Assembly (NCBI RefSeq): GCF_001194135.2
Contig: NC_068984.1
Span: forward strand, 11,086,556-11,150,555
Origin: Octopus bimaculoides
Lineage: Eukaryota
Length of the DNA: 64,000 nt
Direction of reading: 5' to 3'
In this document: positions 60,813 to 64,000 of the stretch, in pieces
Position numbering within the stretch: position 1 is the first letter of the stretch
Layout: each line of letters opens with the position of its first letter
Made by a program: the position numbers and the translations under genes
Notes under the pieces: generated by a model
Seen by the model: the letters and a program-made list of their open reading frames with translations, nothing else
Databases searched by the model: none
Told to the model about the DNA's origin: nothing

Positions 60813-61696
60813 TACCTAGCAAGCATAATTCAGTCGCTGCTCTCTTACAACTATATTCCCTGCTTGAAACCATGTCCTACTTTCTCTTCAATCCCTTACT
60901 CCCTCCCTCCTCCCCTCACTTCTATTCCTTGAAGGGTTTATTCTTTGTTCTTAAATGTACCCCCTCCCCCACCTTCATCCTATTGCAGTTTGTTCTGTCT
61001 GTTGTTTTCTTTTATAAGTCAGTCAAGGGGTAAGAAACATCAAGCTCCCCTCTACCCTCAAAACCCTTGAGATGGATGTGGGTGGTGTCTAGTCTGAAAT
61101 GGTATCTACCTACAACAGGTCAATGACTGCAAAGAGGTAACTAGGGTCTGGTCTGAATCCCTGCAACAGAGCAGACTTCACTAGAAGTATTCAAAGACCA
61201 GATGATAATGACAAACTAAAGTTTTTCGGTCCTTTTTATTTCACAACAAAAACTGGATATTAATTAGACTAGTGGGGCTGATGGGACTTTTCTTTGTTTA
61301 TATTTTCTCATTCTTCTCCCTGCCCCCACCAAAACCTTGCTCTTTTTTTCTTTACTGCTTCTTCCTTCATGTCTTCTTTTCCTCCTTCCTATTCTCTTTT
61401 CTCCTTCTTTTCCTCTATCTTTGAAGAAAACAAAGGAGGAAGAGGAAAATGTTCCTTATCCCTTCTCTTTCTTTGCCACCTTCCTTACTAATCTTCTTCC
61501 TCGTTTTTCTCCTTACTTATTTTCTGTTTCTTTTACCCTCCTCCCTCTACTCTTAGTACCCCATGTGTCTCAGTGTTTAGATGTATAAAATTTGAGTGAA
61601 ATATTGATGTGAGCATTCTCCTATCAGAGACAGAATACAATTAAGTTTTTGTCAACACTACCCATCATAACTATTTTATCTTCAAATAAATAATAA

Positions 61697-61943
61697 AGGT
61701 GCCCTTTTAAAGCCTAGCCAAGCTCATGGGCCCGGTTTCCCGGTTTCAATGGCGTATGTGTTCCCCAGCTGGATGGGACACCAGTCCATCGCAGCATTAC
61801 TCATTTTTGCCAGCTGAGTGGACTGGAAAAACGTGAAATGAAGTGTTTTGCTCAAGAACACAATGCATCGCCTGGTCCAGGAATCGAAACCACAATCTTA
61901 TGATCATGGTGCTGACACCCTAACCACTAAGCCACGCGCCTCC
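61697..61943 (-). mobile_element. SINE family C, young full-length copy (V-domain-like)
   Basis: Minus strand A-box TGGCTTAGTGG, B-box GTTTCGATTCC, central ctgcgatggactggtgtcccatccag resembling the V-SINE domain. Confidence 0.85.
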
Positions 61944-62184
61944 ACATTTTTATCTTCAACTCAAAGGTATATTTCTAATCTTTTTGTGGCTAAAACTCCG
62001 AGTAAGAACCCACTGTATGATAACCAAAAGACCAGTATTGTGACCTAATATGATCTTGTCTAGCTTTGTTGAAGTGAAGATAACTCTAGGCAGATAATAA
62101 ATATAGAAATATTATCTTTTGGTATTAATGCTGCTTCTGTCGATAATAATTATTTTTTCAGATAATATATTGTCAGTATCATAT

Positions 62185-62560
62185 TATGTCCATTTTTCCA
62201 TGGCTTGATTGAGTCAGGTGAATTTCATTGAAACATATTTTCTATAGCCAGACACCCTTCTTGTTGCCAACCCTCACCTATTTCCAATCAGGGTAATATT
62301 ACTCAGTGGTCAGATGTGTTTTGCACAGAAAACTAGAAACGAATGATATAAGTTGTATGATGGTAACTCTCGTTTGGAACCACCATTTAATATCAAGACA
62401 AAGATACATACACACGCATACATGCAACAGTTTTTTTGGTTTCTGTCTACCAACTCCACTCACAAAGAGTTGGTTGGCCCCATGGATATAGTAAAAGAAA
62501 CTCAAGGTGCCACCCAGTGAGACTGAACCTGATATCACATGGTTGGGAAGCAAGCTTCTT
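62185..62560 (-). mobile_element. SINE family D, diverged
   Basis: Family-A head plus family-D body and tail. Confidence 0.7.
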
Positions 62561-63354
62561 AACCACACTGTTATACATACATACCCTATACTCATATATA
62601 CACACTGACATTTATAAACAAGAGTTGAAAAGTATAGAATAACACATTGCCTCATAAAAATGAAACCAAGCACTTTTTATAGCCTGACAAATGTGCTTAC
62701 CATTGCACTACCTGACAGGAGACATGGTTCCTCCTCAAAAAACAAGCATTTAAATGCTGTCTTTACAGTCCCAAGCTTTTACTTCAGCATAAATCCATCA
62801 CATGCTTCAGGAAAACTTCCATATGCTCACTTTCTGGTACTGTTTTCAACACTTCCAGTACCATTGTCTATCTATCCAATTTCAAGTAATTTTAATCCCA
62901 TAAATGCATGCACCTCTCCTCCCCCCACATACACTTGACAAAATGTCTTAGGAAAGAAGTAGTAATATATTTGTTTGGATCTTATCTTTTTTGTTCCAAT
63001 AGATGGCGTTCTTTCTTTAGTTCATGACTCTCCTTGTCTCATCATGGTACAATAGTTGTAAACAAGCATCGCTGACATACGATCAGTGTCCTTTGCTTCC
63101 AGTCTGCCATGAAAACATGTCTGGTTTTCATGGCAGAAATATTCCCTTGCTTGGAAGCAGATGAGGGTTGGCAATAGGAAGCACACCTGGCTGCAGAAAA
63201 TCTGCCTCGATAAATTCCATCTGGACCATGCAAGCATTGAAAAGTGCATGTTAAATGATGATACTCACATAAATGAAGAACATGAGCTCGAAGTAACTGT
63301 TTTTCAGCACATGTCACCCACAAAAGATGTTTACTTCATAACTTTCATATAATC

Positions 63355-63590
63355 ATCATCATCATCATCATCATTTAGCGTCTGCTTTCCATGCTAGCAT
63401 GGGTTGGACGATTTGACTGAGGACTGGTGAACCGGATGGCTGCACCAGGCTCCAATCTGATCTGGCAGGATTTCTACAGCTGGATGTCCTTCCTAACGCC
63501 AACCACTCCGAGAGTGTAGTGGGTGCTTTTACGTGCCACCGGCACGAAGGCCAGGCAGGCGGTACTGGCAACAGCCATGCTCAAAATGGT
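63355..63590 (-). mobile_element. RTE-LINE 3' UTR fragment
   Basis: (CAT)n, tttagcgtctgctttccatgctagcatggg ... ggtactggcaac. Confidence 0.85.
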
Positions 63591-63801
63591 GTATTTTACA
63601 TGTCTTTCAAAATATATTGAAACAGCAGATTTTACAAGGGAAAACAGGTTTGGATTGCATGTTTCTGAATGATCGGAAACATGTAACTTGGAGTACTGAC
63701 ATTATATGTCTTTCAGTTATACTGTATTAAAGATACTCTACACTTATGTAATTTATTACTTCTTGTTGAATCAACAGTGTGTGTGTGCTTGGGTGTGTGT
63801 G

Positions 63802-63829
<28 letters not shown>

Positions 63830-63832
<3 letters not shown>

Positions 63833-64000
63833 GACGCATGCGTACGAACAACCATGCTACATGGCAGTGAAACATGGGCTGTAACTGCTGAGGACATACG
63901 TAAGCTCGCAAGGAATGAAGCCAGTATGCTCCGTTGGATGTGTAATGTCAATGTGAATACCCGTCAGAGTGTAAGTATCTTGAGAGAAAAGCTGAACATT
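63830..64000 (+). pseudogene. RTE-clade LINE, post-RT thumb region, runs off the window end
   Basis: YDACVRTTMLHGSETWAVTAEDIRKLARNEASMLRWMCNV...SILREKLNI; stop-free for 57 codons; starts directly after (TA)n. Confidence 0.88.

Noticed and set aside
61870-61943. tRNA-like segments (also 18968-19035 and all SINE heads) as tRNA genes
   Set aside because: A/B boxes are present but I see no complete cloverleaf, and each continues into a repeated SINE body.

Overview
Eukaryotic, AT-rich, repeat-dense 64 kb window with five N-gaps. The SINE and LINE-tail families look like those of a coleoid cephalopod, probably Octopus; this is recognition from memory, not a database result. It reads as intronic or intergenic DNA. 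I found no recognisable host protein-coding gene, rRNA, intact tRNA or CRISPR array, and most ORFs in the supplied track are microsatellite or SINE artefacts. Well supported content: (i) many tRNA-derived SINEs in modular families (my working labels SINE-A/B/C/D/E); (ii) decayed LINE fragments (RTE endonuclease, RT thumb and C-terminus; two R4/Dong-like restriction-like-endonuclease pieces; a CR1/L2-group 3' end; a possible Penelope GIY-YIG remnant); (iii) non-autonomous DNA elements (TTAA piggyBac-type MITEs, a hAT MITE with an 8-bp TSD, a Helentron-type element, a 611-bp fold-back element); (iv) micro- and minisatellites. Most interesting observations: a minimal type-I hammerhead ribozyme motif at the 3' end of a tRNA-headed SINE-like element, plus a second such motif elsewhere; a 101-nt G:U-rich hairpin (pre-miRNA or ADAR-substrate candidate); a SINE/LINE shared 3' stem-loop with compensatory base changes; one SINE head carrying two different LINE-derived tails; and a frame-preserving repeat ORF bounded by splice-like signals. 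Several isolated candidate exons exist on both strands but cannot be assembled into a credible gene without transcript data. Repeat boundaries are by eye (about +/-10 bp unless a TSD or TIR is quoted).
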